Positions 9,915 through 20,934 of a DNA stretch of 64,000 nucleotides are shown here, piece after piece. Positions within the stretch are counted from its first letter, which is position 1. Every line of letters begins with the position of its first letter. This stretch comes from Nitrosopumilus sp. GTDB lineage: Archaea > Thermoproteota > Nitrososphaeria > Nitrososphaerales > Nitrosopumilaceae. The notes under the pieces were generated by a model. It worked only from the letters and a program-made list of their open reading frames with translations, was not told where the DNA came from and made no database searches. The stretch is from NCBI GenBank assembly GCA_965218785.1, contig OZ244650.1:512001-576000 (forward strand). Reading direction: 5' to 3'. A program made the translations under genes and the position numbers.

Positions 9915-10292
9915 TTGTTGCTTTTAGAAATACTCTCAGATCTGCTCAAAATTGATGACATCCTGTTTATCATAAAAAATAATGGAGCTACAAGTGAAAT
10001 CCGGGGCGATTCTCTTAGTATTAGACAAAATAAAAAATGGATTACCATTGGTGATAATGACGGTCCTGCACACATGCACATTGACTCGGATTCAATAAAA
10101 TACGCAGAGTTTGTACAAGAAGAAAAGCCTGAACGTACTAGTTTTAGCGTGCGATTTTTCAATAAAAATGAGGAGCGTGTTTTGGCTGCATTTTTCACAA
10201 AAATGTATGACGAATCTAAAACACTGATTTCAGAAAGAAAAAAAATTTATGATGAATTGAATCTAAAGTATTCTTGTAAAATTTTATTTTAA
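9915..10292 (+). CDS. ChuX/HutX/HemS-like heme-utilisation family protein
   Basis: HMHID...AEFV...SFSVRFFNKNEERVLAAFF resembles the ChuX/HemS fold signature. Confidence 0.65.
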   Translation: MLLLEILSDLLKIDDILFIIKNNGATSEIRGDSLSIRQNKKWITIGDNDGPAHMHIDSDSIKYAEFVQEEKPERTSFSVRFFNKNEERVLAAFFTKMYDESKTLISERKKIYDELNLKYSCKILF

Positions 10293-10319
10293 AAAAAAAC
10301 CTTGTCTGAAAAAGACAAG
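10291..10319 (-). terminator. Hairpin followed by a T-tract on the minus strand
   Basis: CTTGTCT-GAAAA-AGACAAG (10301-10319) followed on the minus strand by a T9 run (10299-10291). Confidence 0.55.
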
Positions 10320-10330
10320 TAGAAAAAATA

Positions 10331-10420
10331 TTATTGTTGGGCTTCTTTTTTCTTCTTCTCTTTTTCAGATTGTAGTTTAGCTAATTCCAATTCTTCATTA
10401 GTATGTTTGAATTTTTTCAA
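10331..10420 (-). CDS. Putative 29-aa charged peptide (MKKFKHTNEELELAKLQSEKEKKKKEAQQ)
   Basis: TTG start; TTTATA box about 26-30 nt upstream; hairpin/T-tract downstream; below the ORF-track cutoff. Confidence 0.45.
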   Translation of the reverse strand: MKKFKHTNEELELAKLQSEKEKKKKEAQQ

Positions 10421-10489
10421 TCTAATACTATATTATAATTTAGATATAAAAACTGCTCATTTTCCTGGACTGTGAGTCAGGCGTAAAAA

Positions 10490-11458
10490 TCAGTATCCGA
10501 CAGAATAGATCGGTCTTTTTCCATTCATTCCAAGATTCAAGTTTTTTACGGTAATTTCTGCCATTTTTTGCCTTGTCTCCTTTGTTGAACTTCCTATGTG
10601 TGGTGCTAGTATCACATTTTGTAGTTTTACTAATGGATGTTTCTTACTGATGGGCTCGACTTCAAACACATCTAATCCCGCACCTGCAATAATTTTTTTC
10701 TTCAGTGCCGTTACAAGATCCTTTTCATTTACTATCATGCCGCGTGATGTATTTATCAGAAATGCGGTCTTTTTCATTTTTCTAAAAATTTTCATATCAA
10801 ACATGTGTTCTGTCTCTTTTGTGTATGGCACATGAATTGAAATTATGTCGCTTTGGGAAATTAGTTCTTCAAACGAGACGTATTTTATTCCCAACACGCC
10901 TTCCATAGTTTTAGAGACACGGTTTCTGCTGTGATATGTTAATTTCATTTCAAATGCCCTTGCTCTTTTTGCAAGAGTTTTTCCAATTCTACCCAGACCT
11001 AAAATACCGAGGGTCTTGCCTTGCAGATCCGATCCCGTATAGTCATATGCTCCAAATACCTCCCTCCATCTTCCCTCTCGAATAATTCTGTCTCCTTCTG
11101 AGACTCTTCTTAGTATGTCCAACATTAATGAAAACGCAAGATCCGCAGTCGCATCTGTTAATACCTGCGGGGTATAACCTACACGGATTTTCTTGCTCTT
11201 TGCATGTGCTATATCTATATGATCAAAACCAACACTATAGGTGCTAATCACCCTGAGATTTTCAGCCAAATCCAGTGTTTCCTTGTTGATTTTGTCATAA
11301 GGAAAACAGATCAATCCGTCTACTTTCTTTATCTTTGAACGCAATTTGGTCTGAGGAATTGGAATTTTCCCTGAATGAACTTCGATTTGATATCTTTTTT
11401 TCAGTTCCTTTAATGAGGAATCATGTATTCTTCTTGTAAGAAACACTTTCTTTTCCAT
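10490..11458 (-). CDS. D-2-hydroxyacid dehydrogenase (glyoxylate reductase/D-glycerate dehydrogenase family)
   Basis: GLGRIG, INTSRG, GLDVFE and PHIGS motifs. Confidence 0.92.
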   Translation of the reverse strand: MEKKVFLTRRIHDSSLKELKKRYQIEVHSGKIPIPQTKLRSKIKKVDGLICFPYDKINKETLDLAENLRVISTYSVGFDHIDIAHAKSKKIRVGYTPQVLTDATADLAFSLMLDILRRVSEGDRIIREGRWREVFGAYDYTGSDLQGKTLGILGLGRIGKTLAKRARAFEMKLTYHSRNRVSKTMEGVLGIKYVSFEELISQSDIISIHVPYTKETEHMFDMKIFRKMKKTAFLINTSRGMIVNEKDLVTALKKKIIAGAGLDVFEVEPISKKHPLVKLQNVILAPHIGSSTKETRQKMAEITVKNLNLGMNGKRPIYSVGY

Positions 11459-11509
11459 TAATTTGGGATTTATATCAAACCATTTATACGATTTCCTTGT
11501 AAATGTAAC

Positions 11510-11650
11510 ATGTCTTCTGAGACTGAAGAAGAATTTGCTATCTGTGTAGAATGCGGCAGTTCCATTGAAAAATGTGTCTGTGTATGTCCTTATTGTGGGG
11601 AACGTGACAAATGTGAATGTGCGTTATTTGATGCGGCAACCGGGGGTTGA
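11510..11650 (+). CDS. 46-aa Cys-rich protein (MSSETEEEFAICVECGSSIEKCVCVCPYCGERDKCECALFDAATGG)
   Basis: 8 Cys with CxxCG twice; TTTATA about 25 nt upstream; lies just before the oxidoreductase operon. Confidence 0.75.
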   Translation: MSSETEEEFAICVECGSSIEKCVCVCPYCGERDKCECALFDAATGG

Positions 11651-11699
11651 TCAAACTGTTAAAACAGATTGTTACAATTCAAATCATGGGTGATTTACA

Positions 11700-13613
11700 G
11701 TGAGTACCGTTGATTTTACATGGCTGATGGGAGGCCCGCAGGGAAGCGGCGTAGAATCAGGGGCAAATATCTTCTCCAGGGTATGTGCGGCAATGGGATA
11801 CCAAATATTTGGCAAACGGGAGTTTTATTCTAACATCAAGGGTGAACACAGTTATTTTGCAGTCAGAGTTTCAAATGAGAACATTCATTCCAACGTAAAT
11901 GACGTGACATTGATGGTCTCATTTGATGCGGAGACTATCTTTCGTCATTTTGACGAGGTTTCTTCAGACGGCGGGATAATCTATGATTCTGAATTGGAAA
12001 ATACTGATACTGACAAAGTCCGTACTTTGGACTCCCCGTTCAAGGAACGATTACATAAATTCCTTGAATCAAAAAACAAGCCATTTACAATCGCCGGCGT
12101 TCTTGAAGTTGCTAAAGAAAAGGGCGTCAGTCTCTACCCGGTATCATTTAAGAGCATTTTAGAGGATATGGCTCAAAAGGCTGACAATCCAAAACTGCGC
12201 GGACTAGTTAGAATGTACAATGTAATTGGCGTTTCATTATCTTTGGGGATGATCAAAATGCCGTCTGACTCTTTACTTCATGCAGTAAGTGTGATATTTT
12301 CAAAAAAACCCCGGATTGCAGAGATAAACAAACAGGTTGCAAATTATTCATACAATTATGCTTCAACCAAATTTGAAAATTTCGGACACAGTCTAACTGG
12401 AACTACAAAACAGTCTGAAACAATTCTTGTTCAGGGTCATTATGGAACTTCGATTGGAAAAATGGTCTGTGGGTGCAGATTCCAGTCGTACTATCCAATC
12501 ACCCCTGCCTCTGATGAAAGCGTGTACTTGGAATCAAATGAAATTTTACAGGTTCGAAATGACAGACCCGGATCTACTGCGGTAATTCAGACCGAGGATG
12601 AAATTTCTGCAATGGGTATGATGATTGGTGCTGCATTGACTGGTACGCGTTCTTCAACATCCACTTCCGGTCCCGGATTTGCGCTGATGACTGAGGCATT
12701 AGGATGGGCCGGAATCAACGAGGTTCCTGTTGTAATTACTTTGTATCAGAGAAGCGGACCTTCAACTGGTCTTCCAACTAGACACGGACAGGATGATCTG
12801 CTTTTTACAGTTTTTGCAGGACATGGGGATTTTCCAAAGATTGTTTATGCATCCGGTGACATCGAGGAAAGTTTCTATGATACTGGCAGGTGCTTTAATT
12901 ATGCCGATAAATATCAAATTCCGGTAATCCATATGATGGACAAGTTTATGTCCAGTTCGGTAGTTACCTGTAAAAAGTTTGATCCAAACAGAATCTCCAT
13001 TGATCGAGGCAAGCTGCTAGAGCGAGTAGAGGGTGGTGAATACAAGAGATTTGCCTTTACTGATGATGGTATCTCTCCACGCTCCAGACTTGGGCTGGAT
13101 AATGGCGTGTTTTGGAACACCGGGGACGAATCTGATGAATATGGACATATTACCGAAGATCCTCAAATCCGAATAAGGATGATGGATAAGAGGATGTCAC
13201 GACTGGATCTGGCGCTAGAAAAAATCCCAATCGATGAGCAGGTGGTGTCTTTTGGCGTTCATAAATACACGATAATTTCATGGGGATCTACAAAGGGTCC
13301 GATCATTGATGCACAATCCATGCTAAAAAAAGAGGGAATTGACATTGGTTTTATCCAAATCAAGCTTCTCCATCCGTTCCCCGGCCAATACGTAAAATCC
13401 CTTCTCAAGGACGCCAAAATACTAATTGACATAGAGGCAAACCATTCCGGACAACTGGGAAGACTCTTCAAACAAAACGTATCTAGGGAAATCGACTATC
13501 ATGTTTTAAAATACACGGGCAGGGGAATGACTAGTACGGAAATTTATGATTCACTAAAGAAGATTGTTGAAAACAAGGCTTCAAAAAGGGAGGTTCTAAG
13601 TCATGGCGCTTAA
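11700..13613 (+). CDS. 2-oxoacid:ferredoxin oxidoreductase alpha subunit (gamma-alpha fusion)
   Basis: [28 protein letters not shown] and [11 protein letters not shown] motifs. Confidence 0.95.
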   Translation: MSTVDFTWLMGGPQGSGVESGANIFSRVCAAMGYQIFGKREFYSNIKGEHSYFAVRVSNENIHSNVNDVTLMVSFDAETIFRHFDEVSSDGGIIYDSELENTDTDKVRTLDSPFKERLHKFLESKNKPFTIAGVLEVAKEKGVSLYPVSFKSILEDMAQKADNPKLRGLVRMYNVIGVSLSLGMIKMPSDSLLHAVSVIFSKKPRIAEINKQVANYSYNYASTKFENFGHSLTGTTKQSETILVQGHYGTSIGKMVCGCRFQSYYPITPASDESVYLESNEILQVRNDRPGSTAVIQTEDEISAMGMMIGAALTGTRSSTSTSGPGFALMTEALGWAGINEVPVVITLYQRSGPSTGLPTRHGQDDLLFTVFAGHGDFPKIVYASGDIEESFYDTGRCFNYADKYQIPVIHMMDKFMSSSVVTCKKFDPNRISIDRGKLLERVEGGEYKRFAFTDDGISPRSRLGLDNGVFWNTGDESDEYGHITEDPQIRIRMMDKRMSRLDLALEKIPIDEQVVSFGVHKYTIISWGSTKGPIIDAQSMLKKEGIDIGFIQIKLLHPFPGQYVKSLLKDAKILIDIEANHSGQLGRLFKQNVSREIDYHVLKYTGRGMTSTEIYDSLKKIVENKASKREVLSHGA

Positions 13614-14565
13614 ACTTGCCGACTACAAAACCGACGTTCACAATGATTGGTGTCCTGGCTGCGGGGATTTTGGAATAGTAAATGCACTGCAGATGGCATT
13701 AGCTGAAATGGGAATAAAACGAGACAATGCGACAATCTTTTCTGGAATCGGATGTTCTGGTAAAACCTCGCATTTCATCAATACATACGGGGTTCACACT
13801 CTTCATGGCAGGGTTCTCACTTTTGCACAGGGTGGAAAACTTGCAAATCCTGAGATGACAGTGATTGCAGTTGGCGGTGACGGTGACGGTTTGGGAATTG
13901 GCGCGGGTCACTTTGTTGCAGCTGGTAGAAGAAACGTGGATATGACTTATATTATTTTTGATAATGGTGTTTATGGTTTAACAAAGGGACAGGCATCTCC
14001 TACTCTTAAATTGGGTGAAAAGACAAAGTCACTTCCTTCACCAAATACGAACTATAATGTCAATCCCATCGGACTGGCTATCGTCAGCGGCTTTACATTT
14101 GTTGCCAGGGGATATTCTTATGATGTGCGACACCTCAAGGATCTGATAATTCAAGCAGTCAAACACAAAGGCCTGTCATTTCTTGATGTTTTGCAGCCGT
14201 GTCCTACGTATAATGATATCAATACACGGGATTGGTATGCCGGCGTGGATCTGGCCGAGGAATCCCTGCAAAGACATTCTAGAATTTACAAACTTGAGGA
14301 CACGCATTATGAGCCATACGTGCATTACAATGAAGAATCCGAGGTCAATGAAAAACTCTCCCAGGCCCTGATTAAATCCCTGGAATGGGGAAACAAGATA
14401 CCAACGGGCGTATTTTACCAAAATGAGCTGATCTCCCCCTATGCCGTGAGAATTACCGATAAAATCCCAAATTATCTTGAAAATCCCCCCGCCAAGCAGA
14501 AAATCTCGGAAAATGGATTGCCTGTTACGGATGTCTCTGGAATTCTTGATTCTTTGGAAGTTTAG
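13603..14565 (+). CDS. 2-oxoacid:ferredoxin oxidoreductase beta subunit (TPP-binding)
   Basis: [26 protein letters not shown] and QPCPTYN motifs. Confidence 0.95.
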   Translation: MALKLADYKTDVHNDWCPGCGDFGIVNALQMALAEMGIKRDNATIFSGIGCSGKTSHFINTYGVHTLHGRVLTFAQGGKLANPEMTVIAVGGDGDGLGIGAGHFVAAGRRNVDMTYIIFDNGVYGLTKGQASPTLKLGEKTKSLPSPNTNYNVNPIGLAIVSGFTFVARGYSYDVRHLKDLIIQAVKHKGLSFLDVLQPCPTYNDINTRDWYAGVDLAEESLQRHSRIYKLEDTHYEPYVHYNEESEVNEKLSQALIKSLEWGNKIPTGVFYQNELISPYAVRITDKIPNYLENPPAKQKISENGLPVTDVSGILDSLEV

Positions 14566-14614
14566 ATGTGGCACCTAAGAAGTTATAGACTAGTTTGTAG
14601 TTGATATTCTGCTG

Positions 14615-15049
14615 TTGAATATTTACGAGGCAAATAAAATATTCCGGAAATCCATCATCCGGGGATTCTTTGAACCGCAACTACTGAGTCTTGATTTTAA
14701 AAAATCCCCCATAAAACACCCCTCCATAAATGATGACGGTCTAATGCAGTCTGATCTGCTTCATATTTTTTTTGATGTGGAAACTGGTTCTGACTATCCT
14801 GACGGTGATGAATGGTTTATTGTGGATATGTTGTTTCCTCATGACGTGAAGTTTCCTGACAGTCTGAAGGGTCCTGATTATTTTATCACTCTTTCAGTTG
14901 ATGGTGACAAAACATACTGGCATCATCGTGAATTAATCCGTTACAAGTATGGAAAATCTAAAAAACTGGACATGGCTTTGGAATTTTTGGAAGTAAAATA
15001 CAAGGAACTTCATAAATTGCTAGAACCACTACAAAACGATCTCAAGTAA
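14615..15049 (+). CDS. Hypothetical protein
   Basis: 144-aa ORF with a TATA-like element upstream; no family recognised. Confidence 0.75.
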   Translation: MNIYEANKIFRKSIIRGFFEPQLLSLDFKKSPIKHPSINDDGLMQSDLLHIFFDVETGSDYPDGDEWFIVDMLFPHDVKFPDSLKGPDYFITLSVDGDKTYWHHRELIRYKYGKSKKLDMALEFLEVKYKELHKLLEPLQNDLK

Positions 15050-15575
15050 TTTCTTTCCAGCAATCCCCTACAAAGGAATATTTCTTGTTTTCAGAAGATG
15101 CGGTACTAAGACGCCATCTAACTGATTTTGAATCAAACACGTACGTAATCTCTGAAATCTGCGATGGCAGCTTTTCGGGATCCAAGTGGTACGGCAGCAG
15201 TTCCAAAACAAAATCAATCTTTTCCACAGCGTTATCAAACCACTGCTTGTCCTTGCTATCTACTGTAAACACAGTTTTTGGTTGTCCGACAAAATTAATC
15301 CTAATCTTCAAGGCATTGCCTGTCCCTCTTCTCCGCTTCATCTCCTTGAAAATTGCCTTGACTCCTTCCCAGCGTTTAAACTCAAACCATTGAAAAAATG
15401 CCTCATTAAATGCCAGAGGGATACTCACATCCAGAAAACTTACAAAATCCTTGTCATCTGGTTCTACCTCGTCTTGGATCACCTTAAAACGGGAATTTAG
15501 GAATCCATACAGGACCTCGATCTCCCAGGGCGATATTCCATAATATCGTAATTTGACTTCCAAACTTTCTGACAA
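15042..15575 (-). CDS. Hypothetical protein
   Basis: 177-aa ORF with protein-like composition; convergent with the previous gene. Confidence 0.75.
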   Translation of the reverse strand: MSESLEVKLRYYGISPWEIEVLYGFLNSRFKVIQDEVEPDDKDFVSFLDVSIPLAFNEAFFQWFEFKRWEGVKAIFKEMKRRRGTGNALKIRINFVGQPKTVFTVDSKDKQWFDNAVEKIDFVLELLPYHLDPEKLPSQISEITYVFDSKSVRWRLSTASSENKKYSFVGDCWKEIT

Positions 15576-15680
15576 TATTATATAAAATTGAAAATTGTAA
15601 TTAAATCTTCAAGCCTAGTAACCATTAGGTCAATTTCGTCCTAAAATTAAAATTATATGGCGTGAGTTAGTTATTCAAGC

Positions 15681-16010
15681 ATGAAGAAGGAATTTGTGGT
15701 AAGAAGCATCGATGCGGCACCTGATGGAGCGCCATACGTCTTGGTTTCATTATCCTCAATTAAAGATCTTAAAGGAGACACCAAAAGTCCCCAACTGCCT
15801 TTTGGAAGCCCCAAAGTCATGGGATTTACAAACATGAATGACATGATGAAGGATCTAAACAAGATGTTGTCTGGTGCGGGGGGGTCAATGGGAATGCAAA
15901 ACGGTGTTACGCAATTAAAACTTGAAATGCATGAATACAAAGACATGGCTCTTGCAGTCGGAGATAAAGTGTTTCTGGAATTGAGCAAGGCCGAAACACT
16001 GGGCATCTAA
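15681..16010 (+). CDS. Hypothetical protein, arcadin-1-like sequence pattern
   Basis: Beta-strand VVRSIDAAPDGAPYVLV, low-complexity middle, C-terminal LKLEMHEYKDMALAVGDKVFLEL. Confidence 0.6.
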   Translation: MKKEFVVRSIDAAPDGAPYVLVSLSSIKDLKGDTKSPQLPFGSPKVMGFTNMNDMMKDLNKMLSGAGGSMGMQNGVTQLKLEMHEYKDMALAVGDKVFLELSKAETLGI

Positions 16011-16577
16011 CTATAAGATCGTGTTGAAATATTTCCAGCCATAAAAGGCGGCAATCGTTCCGATTACAAACAGCATCGGCTTCCATGCAAACACCGGAAT
16101 ACTTGGAGTTGCAAGTTTCACCTTGTAATTATCTAAAATAACATGAACATTTTTCTTGATTTTATCGTGCCAGATACTGTACTCTATTTGATATTTTTTC
16201 AGAATTTCCTCCACTTCATAAACAACCGGCGTTCTCTGTGAAAAAAGATGTTGAAGGTAATCCCTTGAAACTTCCACCTCTGCATGAATTCCAATCAATC
16301 CTTTTTTAAGATCAACCATTCTAACGTGCATCTCCCACGGTTTTTTTAACTTTAGATTAAGCCCGTTTCCAATTTGTTCTGGCTGCTTGTGCTCAAACTT
16401 TACCTTGGTAAATCCCTCCTCGGTAAAAATTTTCATCAATTCTTCAAAACTTTTCTTTACTACGATGTGGAGCTGTTCTACTCCCTTGCTATCAACATCT
16501 ATCTTGCGTTTTAATCCATCTAGAAACGAAATTGTTTTTGGATATGTTGTAAGATATTCCATTATTCTGTCCACCAA
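16011..16577 (-). CDS. Hypothetical protein with C-terminal TM anchor
   Basis: 188-aa ORF; hydrophobic C-terminal segment PMLFVIGTIAAFYGW. Confidence 0.75.
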   Translation of the reverse strand: MVDRIMEYLTTYPKTISFLDGLKRKIDVDSKGVEQLHIVVKKSFEELMKIFTEEGFTKVKFEHKQPEQIGNGLNLKLKKPWEMHVRMVDLKKGLIGIHAEVEVSRDYLQHLFSQRTPVVYEVEEILKKYQIEYSIWHDKIKKNVHVILDNYKVKLATPSIPVFAWKPMLFVIGTIAAFYGWKYFNTIL

Positions 16578-16767
16578 AATACCTCTATTTAAAGCAGAAC
16601 CATGTTAAATTTATTGATGGTGCGAATTGGCGTTGAATTTCAAACGGTTATTGGATCTGGATAATGCTGGAAGGACGGCATTTCTTCCATCTCATAACTG
16701 TATTATTTTATCCGCCGGATGGTCTGCATTACTGATTGTTCCCTGTAATGGAATATCATTTGGAATG

Positions 16768-17553
16768 CTAAGAATCCTGACTGTTTGGAGATCCTGATAG
16801 TCCTCTTACGTAGAGACACTGGTCTGGCGATATTGCCATTTCTGAAGGGTTGATTTTTCTATCTGTAAGTTTTGCATCCGAGTCTCTTACTATTGCAAAC
16901 GGTTTTGATTCTGCACCTTCACCCATCTTGTGATTTGCAATGGTTGCAAGATTATCTGCCACTGCTTGAAATGTCACTTTTAGCGGATTGCCATCCAGAT
17001 CTTTTCTGGCCCTCATATCTAAAACCGGCTCTATTCCGGCACATGCCACAGCAACTCCCGAGGTTCCAATCCTTGCCGGCATTAATCGACTGTCTACTAA
17101 AACCACTCCGACATGAACAAGCATTTTTAAGAAAATCTTTCTGCGAATTTGCTCTGCAATAAGATATGGGTTTGCAGGATACAGGATTACACTGCCTTTT
17201 TTTGCATTGGACTTGTCAATTCCCGCATTTGGGGCCATTATATCATCTGATGATGTAATTACAAACCCCCCTATCCCGCCAAAAATTTTGTCAGACTCTC
17301 TTACAATAACTTCGGCAATCTCCGGTTTTAGCCGAAATTCTTTTGAAACTTTTGAACCCTGATCTGACGTTCTAATTTTTTGAAGATCTATGATCCTACC
17401 CTGTGAATTTGAGATATATTTTGTTGAAATGACCAAAACATCCCCGTTTTGTAACTTGGCATTGTTTTTTTCTAATGTTTTTGAGAGTGCCTCAAAAACC
17501 TCGAATTTCTCCTCCATTCTTTCTGCCAAGAGAGGCAAAACGGTTAACTGCAT
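16768..17553 (-). CDS. cofE: Coenzyme F420-0:L-glutamate ligase
   Basis: GDVLVISTK, NAGIDKSN, DSRLMP, DLDG and MGEGAE motifs. Confidence 0.9.
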   Translation of the reverse strand: MQLTVLPLLAERMEEKFEVFEALSKTLEKNNAKLQNGDVLVISTKYISNSQGRIIDLQKIRTSDQGSKVSKEFRLKPEIAEVIVRESDKIFGGIGGFVITSSDDIMAPNAGIDKSNAKKGSVILYPANPYLIAEQIRRKIFLKMLVHVGVVLVDSRLMPARIGTSGVAVACAGIEPVLDMRARKDLDGNPLKVTFQAVADNLATIANHKMGEGAESKPFAIVRDSDAKLTDRKINPSEMAISPDQCLYVRGLSGSPNSQDS

Positions 17554-17756
17554 GAGATTCCAAGCCTTCTTTTGTTTTTTATTGTTTTGATGGTGATAAT
17601 AATGATGATTGGATTCAGTTAATCCTTGGTTTTTGACATCAGTCTCAAATGCGCCGGTGATAAATGGAATTAGAAATATGATAAAAACAAAAGATAATCC
17701 TGATTAAATCCGCGCCTCCTAATATTGAAAGCTTTTAATCTGTATGACGGGCTTTT

Positions 17757-19031
17757 TTGATTATGAATATTGTCGAGAAGATTCTGGCACGTGCATCTGG
17801 CAAATCCTCCGTGTCCCCAGATGATGTTATTTTTGCCAACGTCGACAAGGTCATGGTTCATGACGTATCCGGACCTGGTGTAATGAAGGTATTTGATAAA
17901 TTAAAGAAACAGGGCGTCTCCGTTGATAAATTATGGGATCCCACAAAAGTCTGGGTGGCCGAAGATCATTTTGTTCCTTCAGCAGAAAAAGTATCTGCGG
18001 AAAATATTGTAAAACTATCAAACTTTACAAAAAATTACGGAATTGAAAAACATTTCAAATATGGCATGGGGCAATACGGAATCTGCCATACCCTGTCTCA
18101 CGAAGAAGCAATGGTGATGCCAGGCGATGTTTATGTTGGCGGAGATTCACACACAAACACAACTGGTGCCCTGGGTGCATTTGCCTGTGGATTGGGACAT
18201 ACCGATATTGCCTACGTACTGCTTAATGGAAAGATCTGGTTCAAGGTTCCAGAAACCTATTACTTTAAGCTTAATGGAAAATTGCCTGACCATGTTATGG
18301 CCAAAGACCTGATTCTGAAGATAATCGGTGAAATAGGTACTGATGGCGGTGCATATAGAACAATGCAGTTTGGCGGCAGTGGCGTTGATGAGATGTCTGT
18401 CCAAAGCAGGCTGACGCTGTGTAACATGACTACTGAGGCAGGTGCAAAAAATGGAATTGTCGAGCCGGATCAAAAAGTCGTTGATTATCTTTCCAACCGT
18501 GGCGCAACAAATGTAAGTTTGATACACGGTGATGGTGCAGAATATGCCAAGGTGTTTGAATATGAAAGTTCGGAGATGGAGCCAATCGTGGCAAAACCAT
18601 TCTCTCCTGAGAATATCTCCGTTGTAAGAGAGGCACCTTCTGTGGAATTGGACAAGTCTTACATTGGATCTTGTACAGGTGCAAAGTACGAAGATTTAGA
18701 AGCTGTGGCAAAAATCCTCAAAGGAAGAAAGGTAAAGATTAGGACTCAAATCCTGCCTGCGACCATTTCGATTTACCAGCGTGCAATGGAAAACGGCCTG
18801 TTGAAAATTTTCTTGGATGCCGGCGTGACTGTTGGTCCTCCTACCTGTGGGGCATGTTGTGGCGCCCACATGGGCGTCCTGGCAAAAGATGAAATCTGTA
18901 TTAGCACCACCAATCGAAATTTTCCTGGAAGAATGGGCCATGTAGAATCTCAGACCTATCTTTCATCCCCGCTGGTAGCTGCAGCATCTGCTGTCACTGG
19001 AAAAATCACCGATCCGAGGGATTTGAAATGA
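17757..19031 (+). CDS. Archaeal-type homoaconitase/isopropylmalate isomerase large subunit (HacA/LeuC family)
   Basis: About 420 aa; DSHTNT, IGSCTG, CGACCG and STTNRNFPGRMG motifs. Confidence 0.9.
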   Translation: MIMNIVEKILARASGKSSVSPDDVIFANVDKVMVHDVSGPGVMKVFDKLKKQGVSVDKLWDPTKVWVAEDHFVPSAEKVSAENIVKLSNFTKNYGIEKHFKYGMGQYGICHTLSHEEAMVMPGDVYVGGDSHTNTTGALGAFACGLGHTDIAYVLLNGKIWFKVPETYYFKLNGKLPDHVMAKDLILKIIGEIGTDGGAYRTMQFGGSGVDEMSVQSRLTLCNMTTEAGAKNGIVEPDQKVVDYLSNRGATNVSLIHGDGAEYAKVFEYESSEMEPIVAKPFSPENISVVREAPSVELDKSYIGSCTGAKYEDLEAVAKILKGRKVKIRTQILPATISIYQRAMENGLLKIFLDAGVTVGPPTCGACCGAHMGVLAKDEICISTTNRNFPGRMGHVESQTYLSSPLVAAASAVTGKITDPRDLK

Positions 19032-19519
19032 AGGGCAACATCATAAAATACGCACAAGACGATATTGACACGGATGTGATTATTCCAGGCCAATATCTCA
19101 AAGTGCATGATTATGCCGAGCTTGCCACACATGCAATGGAGGGACTGGATCCTGATTTTCATTCAAAGGTAAAAGACGGTGACTTTATCCTGTCTGGCAG
19201 AAATTTTGGATGCGGTTCATCACGTGAACATGCGCCTATTGCCCTGTCCCACTCTGGGGTAAAGGCAGTTCTCGCGTTATCTTTTGCAAGAATTTTTTAT
19301 CGCAACTCAGTTGACGGTGCATTCTTGCTGCCAATTGAAATCGACAAAGACGCATATGATGGTATTTCAGAAGGTGACGAAATCGATATAGATATCTCTT
19401 CTAATCAAATCAAAAACATCACCAAAAATCAAACATACAAAATGAAGCCGTTTTCAGAAATTATCGGAAAGATAATTGCCGCAGGCGGTCTCTTCAAGTA
19501 TAAACCAGACCTGGATTAA
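19028..19519 (+). CDS. Archaeal-type homoaconitase/isopropylmalate isomerase small subunit (HacB/LeuD family)
   Basis: [24 protein letters not shown] and FARIFYRN motifs. Confidence 0.9.
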   Translation: MKGNIIKYAQDDIDTDVIIPGQYLKVHDYAELATHAMEGLDPDFHSKVKDGDFILSGRNFGCGSSREHAPIALSHSGVKAVLALSFARIFYRNSVDGAFLLPIEIDKDAYDGISEGDEIDIDISSNQIKNITKNQTYKMKPFSEIIGKIIAAGGLFKYKPDLD

Positions 19520-19520
19520 A

Positions 19521-20933
19521 ATGGACCAGACTCTCTTTGAAAAAATTTGGAACTCACACACCGTTGTTGAAAAACAAAACAGACCCTCCCTAATCTATGT
19601 TGACAGACACCTGGTACACGAGGTGACGTCTCCGCAGGCCTTTGATGGATTGCGCATAAATAAGAGAAAGGTTCGTCGGCCTGATCTTACCATTGCTACA
19701 ATGGATCATAACGTTCCTACAAATGATCGTTCCCTCCCCATCCTGGATCAGACCTCGGCGATTCAAATCCAGACATTGGAAAAAAATTGTAAAGACTTTG
19801 GAATTAAATTATTTGATATCAACAGTCCCAACCAGGGAATCGTGCATGTGATTGGACCACAGTTGGGAATAACACTGCCTGGTTCTACGATTGTCTGCGG
19901 TGACAGTCATACCTCCACTCATGGGGCCTTTGGGGCACTGGCATTGGGAATTGGAACCAGTGATGTCGAGCATGTTTTGGCATCCCAGACTTTGTGGCTG
20001 GAAAAACCAAGTCCTTTTGAAATCAGAGTTGAGGGAAAACGGAAAAACACCCATGCAGTAACAGCCAAGGATATCATACTCTCCATAATCAAAAACATCG
20101 GGACCGGGGGAGGAACCGGCACTGTAATTGAATATTGCGGTGAGGGCATCACTGATCTTTCCATGGATCAACGAATGACCATCTGTAACATGTCCGTTGA
20201 AGCCGGGGCACGTGCCGGTCTGATTGCACCTGACGAGAAGACATTTGATTACCTCAGAGGTAGAAAATACACCCCGAAAAATTATGAATCCCTTGTTGAT
20301 TCTTGGAAAGAAAATTTAAAGACAGACAACGATGCAAAATTCGAAAAACAGTTCATACTGCATATAGACAATATCGCACCCCAGGTTAGCTGGGGAACAA
20401 ATCCCGGAATGACCTGTGATGTTACTGAATCCGTCCCCTCCCCTGATGAATTCTCCAAAGGCGATGTGAATCAAAAAAAGAGCGCCCAAAAGGCACTTGA
20501 CTATATGGATCTCAAAGCCGGAACCCCTATTGAGGATATCAGAATTGACAGGGTGTTTATTGGCTCGTGTACCAACGCCCGCTTGGATGATCTCATTGAG
20601 GCATCCAAAATAGTCCAAGGACGAAAAATTTCGCCAAATGTCAGGGCAATGGTCGTTCCCGGCTCTCAGATGGTAAAAAAACAGGCAGAAGACATTGGTC
20701 TTGATAAAATTTTCATCGATGCTGATTTTGAATGGCGGCAAGCCGGATGCAGCATGTGTCTTGGAATGAATCCCGACATCCTGGCCCCAGGCGAGAGATG
20801 TGCTAGTACCTCAAATAGAAATTTTGAAGGCAGGCAGGGAACCGGCGGAAGAACCCATCTGGTAAGTCCGGTTATGGCAGCAGCAGCTGCAATCAATGGA
20901 CATTTTGTGGATGTCCGGAGTTGGATGAGTTAA
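19521..20933 (+). CDS. leuC: 3-isopropylmalate dehydratase large subunit, bacterial-type
   Basis: [29 protein letters not shown] and [12 protein letters not shown] motifs; likely start ATG 19521. Confidence 0.94.
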   Translation: MDQTLFEKIWNSHTVVEKQNRPSLIYVDRHLVHEVTSPQAFDGLRINKRKVRRPDLTIATMDHNVPTNDRSLPILDQTSAIQIQTLEKNCKDFGIKLFDINSPNQGIVHVIGPQLGITLPGSTIVCGDSHTSTHGAFGALALGIGTSDVEHVLASQTLWLEKPSPFEIRVEGKRKNTHAVTAKDIILSIIKNIGTGGGTGTVIEYCGEGITDLSMDQRMTICNMSVEAGARAGLIAPDEKTFDYLRGRKYTPKNYESLVDSWKENLKTDNDAKFEKQFILHIDNIAPQVSWGTNPGMTCDVTESVPSPDEFSKGDVNQKKSAQKALDYMDLKAGTPIEDIRIDRVFIGSCTNARLDDLIEASKIVQGRKISPNVRAMVVPGSQMVKKQAEDIGLDKIFIDADFEWRQAGCSMCLGMNPDILAPGERCASTSNRNFEGRQGTGGRTHLVSPVMAAAAAINGHFVDVRSWMS

Positions 20934-20934
20934 A

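Noticed and set aside
16600-16770. Possible small gene between cofE and the 188-aa ORF
   Set aside because: Frames are interrupted or lack recognisable motifs.
17554-17735. Stop-free frame upstream of cofE with a hydrophobic stretch and His-rich patch
   Set aside because: No canonical start codon, and it overlaps the divergent promoter region; cannot be supported as coding.
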